From assembly GCF_009914755.1 (NCBI RefSeq), contig NC_060927.1: a stretch of DNA of 64,000 nucleotides; one strand, given 5' to 3'. Positions 24,565 through 38,448 of this stretch are shown here, piece after piece. The position numbers were made by a program, and so were the translations under genes. The notes beneath the pieces were generated by a model. That model did no database searches. It was not told where the DNA came from and was given only the letters and a program-made list of their open reading frames with translations. Source of the DNA: the human T2T-CHM13v2.0 reference genome, Homo sapiens. Positions within the stretch are counted from its first letter, which is position 1; each line of letters opens with the position of its first letter.

Positions 24565-26033
24565 TCAGTCTTGTTATTGGATCATCTGGTTGGGGGCTTC
24601 TGACCAGAGAACCTTCATCCTCTGGGGCAGCGTACCTTCCAGTGATTGTCTCGGCATAGTGGACATGGATGAGGGGGCAGCTTGTTTCTCATTGGACAAT
24701 CTTTTTTAAAGTGTCCTAGTAAATCACACTGATAACAAGCCCTACAGGGTGATTGGCCTACTCCATTTTCTGTCCTCTCTGAACCACCAAGGTTTGTTTG
24801 TCTGAGGGCCATGACTAAGGCTGCTGACTTTCTCTGATCTCACTTTTCCTTTTGGGCCTGTTTCTCTTGGTCCATATTATAGAATACCAAGGTTGCCAGG
24901 TTTAATAATGCCTCCAGATTTTGTTCAGGGCCAAGAGCTTGCTTTTGGAGCTTTCTCCTGATTATCTGTGGCTGATTGGGTAATAAGCTTATCTTTTAGA
25001 ATCAATTGACCTTCGAGTGATTTGGGTGACAGGGGAGTATATTTTCTTAAGGCCTCCCGTAGCTGTTCAAGGAAGGCAGAAGGATTTTCTTCCTTTCCCT
25101 GAGTTATGGTGGACATCATTGAATAATTCATGGGCTTTTTTCTAATCCTCTTTAGTCCTTCTAGAACTCAGGTCAACAGATGTTTATGACTCTAGTCCCC
25201 ATGATCTGAGTTGAGGTCCCAGTGGAGATCCATACTGGGGATGGCTTGCTGACCAGTAGGGAATTTGTCCCTTTCTTCAGCTGTCATTCTATCATTTACT
25301 TGACTAAGACACCAGGTATCTCCAAACTCTCAGGCTGCAGCTAAAGCCACATTCTTTTCATTAAAGGCCAGGGTTTGATCTAACAGTAGCATGACATCTC
25401 TCCAAGCGAGATTGAAGGTTTGCCCTAGATGCTGTAGGACATCTATGTACCTATCATGATCATCTGAAAACTTTCACAGGCCTTCCTTGATCTGCTTTAA
25501 ATCAGAGAAGGAGAAGGGGACATGTACCCAGGTTGGGCCAAATTTCCCTCCCCCTACAGCTTGAAGGGGACATAACCGATAGCCAGGGGGAGGGGATTGT
25601 GGTCCTTTGGAGATTTCTTTGTTTATTTCCTTCTGGGCAGGGGAGATTAGAGGAGGATTATCATTAATAGGAAGGGGAACCATAGGGAGGCTAGGATATG
25701 GGGGTAAGCTGAGAGGTCCTCCTGTGGGATGTAAATTGCAAGCTTTGCATAGTTGTGTGGTCTCCCTCAATGAAAAGAAAGCTTGGACATAAGGTATTTC
25801 ACTCCATTTGCCTTCCCTCTTACAGAAAAGATCAAGCTGCAGGATAGTATTGTAACTTGTACTTCCCTCAGGTGGCCATTTTTCCCCATCAGAGAGAGAA
25901 TATTGGGGCCAAGCCATACTGCAGAAAAAAAAAAAATGAGCTGCCTCTTTTTCAGAGTTTGTTGGTCAAATTGGTCCCAATGGCTTAAGATGTATTTCAA
26001 GGGTGAGCCTGTTGATGCCTGAGTGTTTCCCAT
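24565..26033 (-). pseudogene. gag: HERV9 gag, fragmented
   Basis: MGNTQAS start; [36 protein letters not shown]; zinc knuckles CYQCDLLGHFKKDC and CPLCRDNHWKVRC; frameshift at the expanded A-run ~25925-25936 and several stops. Confidence 0.93.
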
Positions 26034-26074
26034 CTGAAAGGCAAAACTGCCTGCAGTTTTGGTTTGTTTTGTTT

Positions 26075-26402
26075 CTCACCCTGCCCAAGAACCCACAACG
26101 GTCCCTGAACCCTGCTGATCGGAATAGTTGCGCTCACTGACACAGCAGCAGAAACAACCCCTGCCTAAGAACCTGTAACAGTCCCTGGACCCAGCTGATA
26201 GGAATAGTTGCACTCACCAATGCAGCAGTAGAAACACTAGTTTTCCTCCCAGACCACAAGGAGGACCAAAGAAGGTCAGATTTAGTGGCCCTTACTGATG
26301 CATTCTTGAAAACCTGCACCCTTGCCTGTCCTCCTAGACCACAAGGAGGACCAAGAAAAATGGGATTTAGTGGCCCTTACTGACTCACTCTTGAAAACCT
26401 GT
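26075..26402. repeat. Two pairs of imperfect tandem repeats (~80 bp units) in the proviral leader
   Basis: ccctgcc-aagaacc...ggaatagttgc-ctcac...agaaaca occurs twice; agaccacaa...gatttagtggcccttactga...cttgaaaacctg occurs twice. Confidence 0.85.
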
Positions 26403-27298
26403 TAGAGTCCTAAGCATTCTCCTGTTAGTACTGGGATTTTACCCCTGTCCTATAAAGATGTTATGCCCCAAAAATGAAGTGGAGGGCCATACCCTGAGGG
26501 AGGGAAGGGATCTCCAGGGTTGGAATAGTGACACCTTTTTTCCTCACTTATATGAATAGGAAGGATACAATTTCTGAGGCTCCCCATATCCTAGCGTCAG
26601 GAATAGCTTTTGTTAGGCCTGTTAGTTTGAGTAGGGATCCTAAAATTCCAGGTAGTCCCCCTTACGATGGGGCTTTGGGCAAAAATTATGTCTTTGTAAT
26701 TGGTGAGCCAGGGTGCTTAAAGAAGGTAACAGAGTCTTGGAGTTTATACTAGAAGTCATTCTTATAGGAGAAACTAGAAAAGCACCAGAGACAGGGACTG
26801 AGTTTTAGAAGCGGGACTAGCCTCAGAGAAGAGAGGCGAGATGACGTTTGTCTGGCAGGCATTAGGACCCAGGGGTCAAGGGTCAGGATAGATAGGATAG
26901 ATGGGCAAGTCTCGCTTGGGCGACATGTCTTTGAGAGTTCCACTCATGGCTGCAGGGTCAACCAACTTGTTGTCGGGACCCCGGAGTTGAATGGCTTTCC
27001 TCTCTGTCAACCCTCGGCTCAGCCCAGAAGTACAGGAAAAGCGGAAGCTGGTTCCAGGCAAACCAACGCTCCCAACTCCGAAGAGTCGAGGGTTGTTAGA
27101 GAGCTCTTTCCCAGAAAGCCTGACACCCATGTCTTTAGTCCGGCAGCCGCGCTAGTTGCTTTTAATTGGCTGACGGGTGCCCGGTATTTAGCCCCTGAAT
27201 TCTAAGGAAAAATAGGATAGAATACCAAGTGAAAGGGGTCCAATGGTACTCACTGCTTGGTGATAGGTGACAGTGTTACCGCTCAGTGATAGGCGATG

Positions 27299-27316
27299 GT
27301 CCCTTTGTGGTAACCA
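27299..27316 (-). other. Primer-binding site (degenerate, tRNA-Arg type)
   Basis: TGGTTACCACAAAGGGAC just 3' of the 5' LTR, resembling the ERV9 PBS TGGCGACCACGAAGGGAC as I recall it. Confidence 0.75.
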
Positions 27317-27319
27317 AAA

Positions 27320-28279
27320 TGAGTCCGGAATTGGTGGGTTCTTGGTCTTACTGACTTCAAGAATGAAGCCATGGGCCCTCGTGGTGAGAATTACAGTTCT
27401 TAAAGATGGTGTGTCCACAGTTTGTTCCTTCTGATGTTCAGACGTGTTTGGAGTTTCTTCCTTCTGGTGGGTTCGTGGTCTCACTGGCTTCAGGAGTGAA
27501 GCTGCAGACCTTCGCAGTGAGTGTTACAGCTCTTAAGGTGGCACATCTGGAGTTGTTCATTCCTCCCATCTGGAGTTGTTTATTCCTCCCAGTGGGTTTG
27601 TGGTCTCACTGGCCTCAGGGGTGAAGCTGCAGACCTTCACTGTGAGTGTTACAGCTCATAAAGGCAGTGTGGACCCAAAGAGTGAGCAGCAGCAAGATTT
27701 ATTGTGAAGAGCACTGGGGCCATGGGCAGAGCTGCCTGCCAGTCCCACGCAGCATGCCCGCACTCCGCAGCCCTTGGGCGGTCGATGGGAAGGGGTGCCA
27801 TGGAGCAGAGCCCATGGTGGGGAGGTGGGGCTTGGGCATGGCAGGCTGCAGGTCCTGAGCCCTGCCCCACGTAGAGGCGGCTGAGGCCCGGCAAGAACTC
27901 AAGCATGGCGCAGGTGGGCCAGCTGTGCTGGGGGACCCGGGACACCCTCCGCAGCTGCTGGCCCAGGTGGTAAGCCCCTCACTCCCTGGGGCTGGCTGCA
28001 CTGGCTGGCCACTCTGGCGGCAGGGCCCACCGAGCCCACACCCACCTGGAACTCGTGCTGGCCCATAAGCGCTGTGCGCTGCCCCAGTTCCCACCCACGC
28101 CTCTCCCTCCACACCTCCCCGCAAGCAGAGGGAGCTGGCTTGGGCCTCGGCAAACCCAGAGAGGGACTCCCACAGTGCAGCGATGGGCTGAAGGGCTCCT
28201 CATGTGCAGCCAGAGTGGTTGCCAAGGCCGAGGAGGCACCGAGAGCGAGCGAGGGCTGCTAGCATGTTGTCACCTCTCA
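27320..28279 (-). mobile_element. LTR12, 5' LTR, internally deleted (~0.96 kb)
   Basis: Colinear with the 3' LTR, except ~565 bp missing at ~27711 and ~37 bp missing at ~27802. Confidence 0.95.
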
Positions 28280-28564
28280 ATAGGAGCCACTTGGTAGTAG
28301 TGACTATGAGGGATACTTCACAATTGTTGGAGGTGGAAGATATATGTTTGTTTAGCCCATCTGAGATCCAGGCTGGAGGGGAGCTGATGATTCCTTCACA
28401 TTCTAGAACCTCCATGTTTTAGCAATCTTCCTAAACAATGGGGCATATGCCAAGAGCTAAGAAAATTAACCACGTATCTTTTAAAAACTTCTTTTTAGAG
28501 TCAGAATTTAAAAAGATAAAAATGCACGTAACTTTATCTCTGACAACAACAACAAAAGAGCTGG

Positions 28565-30645
28565 ACCATCAACTAGCACATCAAAAAGTTGAAATTCCAC
28601 CATTAAGTGCCTTTATTCCTGTGATACAAGGCTGGTTCAACATAAACAAATCAATTCAACATTATGTGATTCACCAGATAAACAGAATTAAAGACAAAAA
28701 CCATATGATCATCTCAATAGATGCAGAAAAAAGCTTTCAATAAAATTCAACATTTCTTCATTATAATAACATTCAACAAACTGGATATCAAAGGAACATA
28801 CCTCAAAAAAATAAAAGCCATTTGTGACAAACCCACCACCAACATCATACTGAGTGGGTAAAAGCTGGAATCATTCCCCTTGAGAACTGGAACAAGACAA
28901 GGATACTCACTGTCACCACTTCTGTTTAACATAGTACTGTAAGTCATATCCAGAGCAATCAGGTCTGACAAATGACTAAAAGAAGTCAAACTATCTATCT
29001 TCATTGATGATATGATTCTATACTAGAAAACCCTAAAGACTCTGCCAAAAGACTATTAGAACTGATAAACAATTTTAGTAAGGTCTCAGGATGCAAAATC
29101 AATGAACAAAAATCAGTAGCATTTTAAGACATCAATGTCTGGGCTGAGAATTAAATTGAGAGCACACTCTCTTTTACGATAGTCACAAAGAAAAGGAAAT
29201 TCCTAGGAATACAGCTAACCAAGGATGTGAAAGGTCTCTATAAGGAGAGCTACAAAACACTGCTGAAAGAAATCAGAGATGACACAAATAAGTGAAAAGC
29301 ATCCCATGCTCATGGAATGAAAGAATCAATATTATTAAAATAGCCACACTGCCCAAAGCAATAGACAGATTCACTGCTATTTAAGCTACAACGTTATTCT
29401 TCAAAGAATTAGAAAAAAACTATTCTAAAGTTCATATGGAACAAAGAAAATAGTCCAAATAGCCAAAGCAATCCTAAGCAAAAAAAAAAATAAAGCTACA
29501 GGCACCATCCTACCCGACATCAAACTGTACTATAAGGCTAAAGTAACCAAAATAGCATGGTACCAGTACATAAACAGACACATAGACCAATGGAACAGAA
29601 TAGAAAACTAAGAAATAAAGCTGCACAATGGCAACCATCTGATCTTCGACAAGGCTGACAAAAACAAGCAATAGGAAAGTACTCCCTATTTAATAAGTGG
29701 GATAACTGGCTAGTCATATGCAGAAGAACAAAGCTAGAGCATTACCTTTCACAATATGCAGAAGTTAACTGAAAGTGGATCCAAATTTAAATGTAAGACC
29801 TCAAACTATGAAAATCCTAGAAGAAAACCACCAAAATTCCCTTCTCAGAATTGGCCTTCCCCAAGAATTTCTGGCTAAGTTCCCCAAATCAACTGCAACA
29901 AAAACAAAATTGACAAGTGGAACCTAGTTAAACTAAAGAGCTTCTGCACAGCAAAAGAAACTATCAACAGAGTAAACAGACAACCTACAGAGAGAAGATG
30001 TTCACAAACTACGCATCCAACAAAGGTCCAATATTCAGAAACTATAAGCAATATGAGCAAATCAAAAAGCAAAAAGTAAATGCATTAAAATAGGCAAAGG
30101 ACATACACAGACACTTCTTAAACAAAGACATACAAGCAGCCAACAAACATGAAAAAAATGCTCAGCATCACTAATCAGAAAAATGCAAGTCAGACAATAG
30201 TGAGATACCATCTGACAGCAGTCAGAATGGCTATTACATAAAGTCAAAAAACAATAGATGTTGGCGAGGCTGTTCAGAAATGTGAATGCCTATACACTGT
30301 TGGTGGGAGCGTAAATTGTTTCGGCTACTGTGAAAAGCAGCTTGGAGATTTATCAAAAACTTTAAATAGAGCAGTAACATAGAATTACTCTTTGACCCAG
30401 CAACCCCATTACTGAACATATTCTCAAAGGACAATAGAACATTATACCAAAAAGATATATGCACTTGTATGTCCATTGCCACAGTATTCACAATAGCAAA
30501 GACATGTAAACAATTTAGGTGCCCATTGATAGTGGATTAGATAAAGAAAATGTGATACATGTACATGATGAAATACATGTTCCCCCTGTATCTAAAATAA
30601 AAGTTGAAAAAAATATAAAAATAAAATTAAATTAAAATTAAAAAC
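28565..30645 (+). mobile_element. 5'-truncated primate L1 (old L1PA/L1PB), ORF2 RT to 3' end, with most of the 3'UTR missing
   Basis: [14 protein letters not shown]...[14 protein letters not shown] motif; continuous ORF2-like DNA; jumps at ~30575 to ...aaaataaaagttg plus an A-rich tail. Confidence 0.93.
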
Positions 30646-31651
30646 TAGACAAACTGAAAATTCACAGCTTTTCTTTTACCCATCAAAAATCAAGGTCTCA
30701 AGGAAAATCACTGTCTTAAATCCAAGGTGAGACCATAACTTGCTAGAAGAAAGAACTAATTGGTGAAGACTAAATGTAGGGTAAGAAGAGAATACAGAAG
30801 TCCTAGACAGCAGAAATATAAGGGAAATGTGTCCCCATTTGCAGGCTCTTACTCATAAATTTCATTAAGCACTCATAAAAATAGTCAGGAGTCCTAAGAA
30901 AGCACTCCTCGTGGTACTGGCCTCCAGGAGGAGAAGAGTAACAATTGTTGAAAAGTATTAAATTTGCCGAGATCCTTGTCTTTTATGAAGTGAAAGCCTG
31001 AAACTGATAACAAAATCAGACAGAAACATTAATAGAAAAAAATGTTACAGACAAATATTCTTCATTAAGATACACAGAAATAGCATCAACAGAATATTAG
31101 CACATAGAATTCAGAAATATATAAAAACAATATCACCACAGTGGGTAAATCAAGGCACTTTCAACATTCACAAATAGATTACTTACTATGATAAGAAACT
31201 AAATAAAAAATGATAAGTTCCTTCTTGATGGAGAATAAAATTTATCATCTACTTACAATAAGATGAAAGGAAACAATAAAAAAATATGGTTACATGTTGA
31301 AGTCTTTTCCTCTCTCATCTGGTAAAAGCTAAAAATGTTTTTCTCTTAAAACTCCTGTGAAACATTATACTGAAATCCTAGCCAGAGCAGTAAGTCAAAC
31401 AAAACAAATACAAAGAGAGAAAGAGAGGGAGGAAAGAAAAGAAGAAAGGAAGGAAAAAGAAAGGAAGGAAGGAAGGAAGGAAAATGCATAGGTACAAACT
31501 TATCAAATTGTTATACATTAAATATGCAGTTTTTAATATCAATTATTCCTCAATTAAGCTTTTTAAAAATAAAGAAAATGACTGGAAAATAAATCAGTAA
31601 GTTAAATACAAGAAAGTGAGATTAATTATGTAAAATTATCTCATGCCTCTA

Positions 31652-32606
<955 letters not shown>

Positions 32607-33660
32607 ATGTAATAATTTTTTAATGTAAAAAATATATAAACATTGGAAAAGAAATGTCTCATTGTTTCTACTTGCAGATGACATAATCATCTACATAGAA
32701 AATATCAAAATAGAAAATATCAACAGAAGTATTAAAAATATCTTAAATCTAACAAGCAACTTTAAGGGGGTTGCAGAAAACAATAATAATATGCAGAAGT
32801 CAATTTTATTTTTATATACTAGAAATAAGCACAAAATTTGAAATTAAGAATACCAATTATAACACAATAATGTGATAAAACTTTTAGGTATTAGGAAAAT
32901 AATTGCAAGATCCTTATGTTGGAAATCATATAACATCAGGCATAATCATACATACATGTATATGTATATTACATACATAAAGGAGAATACAAGGGCTGAA
33001 GATTGGAGACTATGATAGTGAGTACCATATCTGTCTCAAAAGGTGACACTGAGTTAGGCTCTATAGCCAAAAACCAGACAGAGCAAAATCATATCTCTTT
33101 ATAAGATACTAGCTTTGAAACAAAGATGGTTGTAGACCCTTTACTTCTTTAGATACTCTAATTATGTGATCCTCTGAAAACTAGATGCAGCACCGGGACA
33201 GTAGAACAGAGAAAGGAAAAGTCTCAATTGACCGTGTATTACAGAAATACTCACGAAAGCACCAAAGTGACTGAATTTGCCTGGAGTTGATTAATTTTTT
33301 TCCTCAGGTGAGATAGGCAGTCAATACATTAAGTTAAATTATCAAAAGTAGTATTACATTTTCTATACCTGGATGTAGAAAAATTAGGCTTAGGAATAAT
33401 CATTCATATTCTCCTAGTCATATCTGTGTCCAAAAACTCAATAAATTTGAAACTTAAAATGTTTTAACATTTTAAAACTGATAAAATATTTATCAGTGTA
33501 GAGAGTAATGTTAGAAAAAAATAGACTATAGCAATTTTTATAGAAATATATCTATTGGAATTTAAGAGAGTTATCTAGAAAATGAAGGTGGCATCAGTCA
33601 TTCAATTTTATTTTAGCATGAATAAAGAAATTAAATAAAGGCTTTAAATCCTGAGGAAGT

Positions 33661-34062
33661 TGTATTAGTCTGTTCTCACACTGCCATAAATAAATACCTG
33701 AAACTGAGAAAACAGGTTTAATTGGCTCATGATTCCACATGCTGTACAGAAAGTGTAGCCACTTCTGCTTCTGGAGAGGTCTCAGGAAACATTTCTTAGA
33801 ATCATGATGAAAGGTGAAGGGAAGCAAGCACAATTTACATGACTGGAACAGGAGGAAGGAAGAGAGAGGGGAGATGCACACAATTTTAAACAACCAGATC
33901 TCGTGAGAACTCAGTATCGTGAAAACACCACCAAGGGGGATGGTGTTAAATCATGAGAAACTGGCCCCATGATTCAAGCACCTCCCACCAGGCCCCTCCT
34001 CCAACACTGGGAATTACATTTCAACATGAGATTTGGGTGGGAACACAGTTCAACCCATATCA
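33661..34062 (-). mobile_element. MST (MaLR) solo LTR
   Basis: tgtattagtctgttctcacactg...aaacaaccagatctcgtgagaactca...catgagatttgggtggg...catatca. Confidence 0.9.
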
Positions 34063-37000
34063 TAACTCAACAATTCAGATAACTCAATGTGAAAGAGCTT
34101 TCTAAAAATCAATAAGATGCATTTTCATTTTACCTCAGTAGAATAAGAAATCTGGTCTTTTCTTAGTGGTAGAAACAAATGTTAATGAAGGACTAACAAT
34201 GTGTGTACAAGAAGATTTACCGTGCTGATAAATGTGTGTCATATAGACATCTCACAAGGAAAAAGGTCCCACGGCCATAAGAAGATGACTCTTGGTCAGC
34301 TGCTTTGCCTGAATAACTGTTCTATACCCATCTAGAGGATGGGAGAGAGGTCTTCTGGAAGAGTTTCTGCATTCAGCCATCCTTTGTCATGCCTTGCACC
34401 TGCTGCATGACACCATCTGTGCCATTGGCTCTGCATGGAGACATGCTCAAGGGATGCTCTGTTGGGGAATGAGAGGAAATCAGAGATGTTCTTTCTTCAG
34501 AGAGGTTCCAGAGAGTGAAGAACATCTCTACTTTAGGAGAAAAATCCTTCCACTCTACTTTTCTATCTCATTATAACAAGAGTAACCACAGCACGTTTAC
34601 GCTCTAGAGGGACATTGTGAGATTTTATTATTGTTATTGTGATTGTTGTTGTTATATTCTCTACACAGAGTAGGAATGAACTATGTGATACGATTTTTGA
34701 CGTCCATGAGAAAACCAATTTGTCCAGTTCTGCCAGTGATAAGCATAGTAAGTTTTCCTAATTCAGAGACCAAGTATGCACATGCCCATTTGGACAAAAT
34801 TAAGGCCACATTTCCCAATCACCGTTAAAGCAATAAAGGCATCTGTTCATCTCCTATATCATCCTTCTTAATTTGTTCCAACTCTGATGAAGAAAGAAGT
34901 GTTTCATTTATTGTCTTTTAAAAATCCAACACACAACTTGACTATTGTACATTTTTACAATGAACTACATTTTTTGTACCTGTATAGTTTCAAGCCATGT
35001 CTAGCTGTTTGATGGTTAAAATGGACTTTTATAACTTAATCTGATGCAGGTATCTTACATGAACTTTGGAATTTGGCAAATACAGCTAATTTCAGCTCAG
35101 GGCTCACCAATAGAAGAAAATCAAATTTTATCAGTTACAGGGCACTCAAAACAAATAATTGATAGCAACTTGGCTTGAACTCAGAAAATATTAGGGGCTC
35201 CGTAGGGAAGCAAACAGATTGCATTGAGAAAAAGTTAACCTGCAACTGAAGACCAGGTGGGAAAAAGACAGCAGTAGACACAGCTGTGCATTTGAGACCC
35301 TCTCTGCTAAGTTACTTTGGCTTTACTCTCTTTTACTTCATTAGCCTAAACAGCATCTCTTTTCCAACCACTGCATCTGCACATGAGGAATTCTCTACTC
35401 TGGTTGCCTGTGTTGCCATGCCTACTTTATTTAGGTTTGTTATCTCTGATTACAGAAATGTAGATTTTCCTATTTCTGACTCCATGCCAGAAACCTGATG
35501 ACAGCATGAGTTAAGTTCTCCTTCTTCTTTTAGGTAACAATCTAGTCATCTTCCTTTGACAACAAATGTGTTCAAAAATTAGACAGAAAAAATTTCAAAC
35601 TGGCCAGATAAAAAAGTCATTGCCAGGACAATGCTGATGGCTTTTCTTCTTATGATGTCTCTTCCACTCACTACCTGTTTTACTGTTTCTGTTCATGATA
35701 TGCAACAGTCTTTTTCCTTTTGCAGGAATTCTTGCATTTGTCTCACTACATTCATAAGCAATCTTATTGCATTTGGCATGATACCCATCACTTTCTGTCC
35801 CTCCTGTCCTGTCTGTTGTTTCACTACTGTCTCCTGTTTCTTAGTGGACACCTCAAACCTCTCCTGTGGGCCAAAATTTCTTATTGCACAGATCACTCTA
35901 AACAATAGATGCTTCCTACAGAAAAGAATGTAACAGCAACAAAACAAATAGAATACAATTTTAAAATATTCCTTTAGGAACTGAGGATGCTATTAATATT
36001 ATCAGATGTTATTAGCTCTGCCTACTTAAATGACTGCAATCCTTTCCCCCCTTAAAGCTCATTAAAACCTATTTCCCTGGATTTCTAGTCTATGACATAA
36101 GACTTTAAGTTCACCCTTTTTCTTTCCCCACTTCCTGCAATTGTTACCCTCAATTCAGAAAGCATATATTAATTGCCAATGGTGCTGCATTTGAATAAGC
36201 TACAAAGAAATTCAGTATTACACTCCTAAACAATGCCCACCAGAAAATAACTATTTTATCTTTATTTTGAGTCTTCATAAGACTCAGATAATTTTTTATG
36301 ATTTGAGAAATAGATACTGTGCTATACTCAGAATGGTAGCATAGCTTTTATATTAAGGTATTGACTTTGGATAATGCTGGTATATGCATTAATTTTCCAT
36401 TCAATAAAAATATGCCATTACATAGAATATTATTCATCTCTCATGCAAAAAGAGTCCTGTTGAGCCAACTGCCCTTCGTTATTTTTAAGTGTGTCTGAAT
36501 CCATGTTAATGCCAATTTGGTTTTCATCTATAAGAACTACAACAGGTTTCTCTTTCTTTTCTTTTATAGGATACATATGTATCTTTTCTCAATTAGTGTC
36601 ATTTTCTTTACTACCTTCTTTACTTCCTTCAATTTGCTTCTTAAATTCTTTTCCCCAGAATTTTCTTCCTTCTTTTTTTCTTCTACCTTCTTATTACCTG
36701 TAGAACAACAATCATTGTGAAAAAAATGTGATTCTTATACTCACAAAAGTTATCAAAAATAAATTTTGTCATGATTTAGTTTGCTATCCCTGGCTGAAGA
36801 GTGAGAAAGAGAAAGACTGAATGAGTGAGTGATAGAAAGAGCAAGTATAAGCATGTATATTACTAAAATAGCCACCTTTTGACAAGCAGACTGCTTGACC
36901 TTATATTGAATTTCAAGTATAGTTAGAGGAGCAAAATGAAGAATTTGTCTTCCAACAGTCCATGGGGCAAAGGACAGAGAGGGAGAGGGAAGCAAGAATA

Positions 37001-38448
37001 CTCTATCTAAAGCATTATTTCCCCCACTAGTGAAAGTTGACCCAAACCATTAATTCCCACACATTGTACCTCCAAGGTCTTTTACACATATGTGGGAAGT
37101 GAGTCACAGATTGTTTTGGACACTAATGGCAATAAAGAAGTCTTAGAGTAAAAACATAGAGGCTCCCACAGCAGGTGAGAGATGAAACACTTGTCTCCAC
37201 AAGCAACAGAAAAATCATCATTTTAGGTGAAGTTCCCTAGAACATGGTCTGAGATAAGTATTCTGATATAGGAGATCATCTGAAGGAGTGTTCTTCAGTA
37301 TAGATCTCTAAATTATTGAATAGAACAAGATATGAAAGGAAAAATACATGGGAAGTGATAGAGTTAGACTTAGTCTGATAACGAGGAGAGGGCTTCAACC
37401 TATAAGCACTACACAGTTGCCCTCCTACCCTTGAGGCAATCAAATTAGATTATATGTTCACAGGTGCAATGGTCTATGTCAACGGAGAAAAACAATCAGG
37501 AGAAGACTTAGGAGCCAATACCTCATAGTGGTGGGGACAGATATATCGATCCAGTCAAATGCATCTAACAGCAGGTGTTCCAAGGGGTCCTTCTGCTGCC
37601 TTTCCCCTCATAGCACATACTGTGTCTAGAGATCCTTTGTTTCTTTAATGAGAGTTGCTGTAGCTCAATAAGAAGGGTAAGTGTATGAACATTAGGTGAG
37701 GCTTAAACTGAATCAAGTTCAGCTCATTATTCTGCAATATTAAATAGCTGTTTATATCATTAAAAGGCATCTGTAACCTTGAGCTGAGAGAAATATTAAC
37801 CAAGATGTTAACCAATGTTAAAAATATATTTAACAATGGCTATCACATTATGCAAGAAAACCAATTTGTAATTATGAAAAAAAAAGAAATCCAGCAAGTA
37901 ATTTGCACAGTGGTATTAGTATTTCCCAAATAATAGACTACTTAAAAGTAGAAACAGGGTGAATATGTTGACTGGCCTAATGACTACATTGAAAATTATT
38001 TTTATTTTTGTTTTTGATAGAAAAAGTACAACACCATCATATAGAACACGCTTTTCTCAATAATTCTCTACTATTTCCTTTTACCTTCTCCTTTTTAATA
38101 TCTTTAATTCATTCTCTCAACTATTCCAAATGCTACTGGCATGCCCAAAATAACTTCTATGTTACTCCTTTTCAGTCTTTTGTCTATAAATTATGCACCT
38201 CATATTCTAATCATTTCAGCTTCTCTTTCTTTCCTTCAAAATAATCTCCTTGTAAGTCTTTTTACCAGACCTAAATTTCACTATAGCCTACTTATGAATG
38301 GCTGAAACTAGTTTAAATTTTACTCAGCCAGTGTCTCAATAGATCCCTTCAAATACTTATAATATATAATAATAAATATATGTGTGATAGCATATGTGTG
38401 TGTGTGTGTGTATATGCACATATACACACACAAATACACTTACATATT

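Larger units (their letters stand above)
19773..28279 (-). mobile_element. HERV9 (ERV9) provirus with two LTR12 LTRs
   Basis: Order on minus strand: LTR-PBS-leader-gag-pro-pol-env-PPT-LTR; 4-bp TSD ATAG at 19769-19772 and 28280-28283. Confidence 0.97.
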
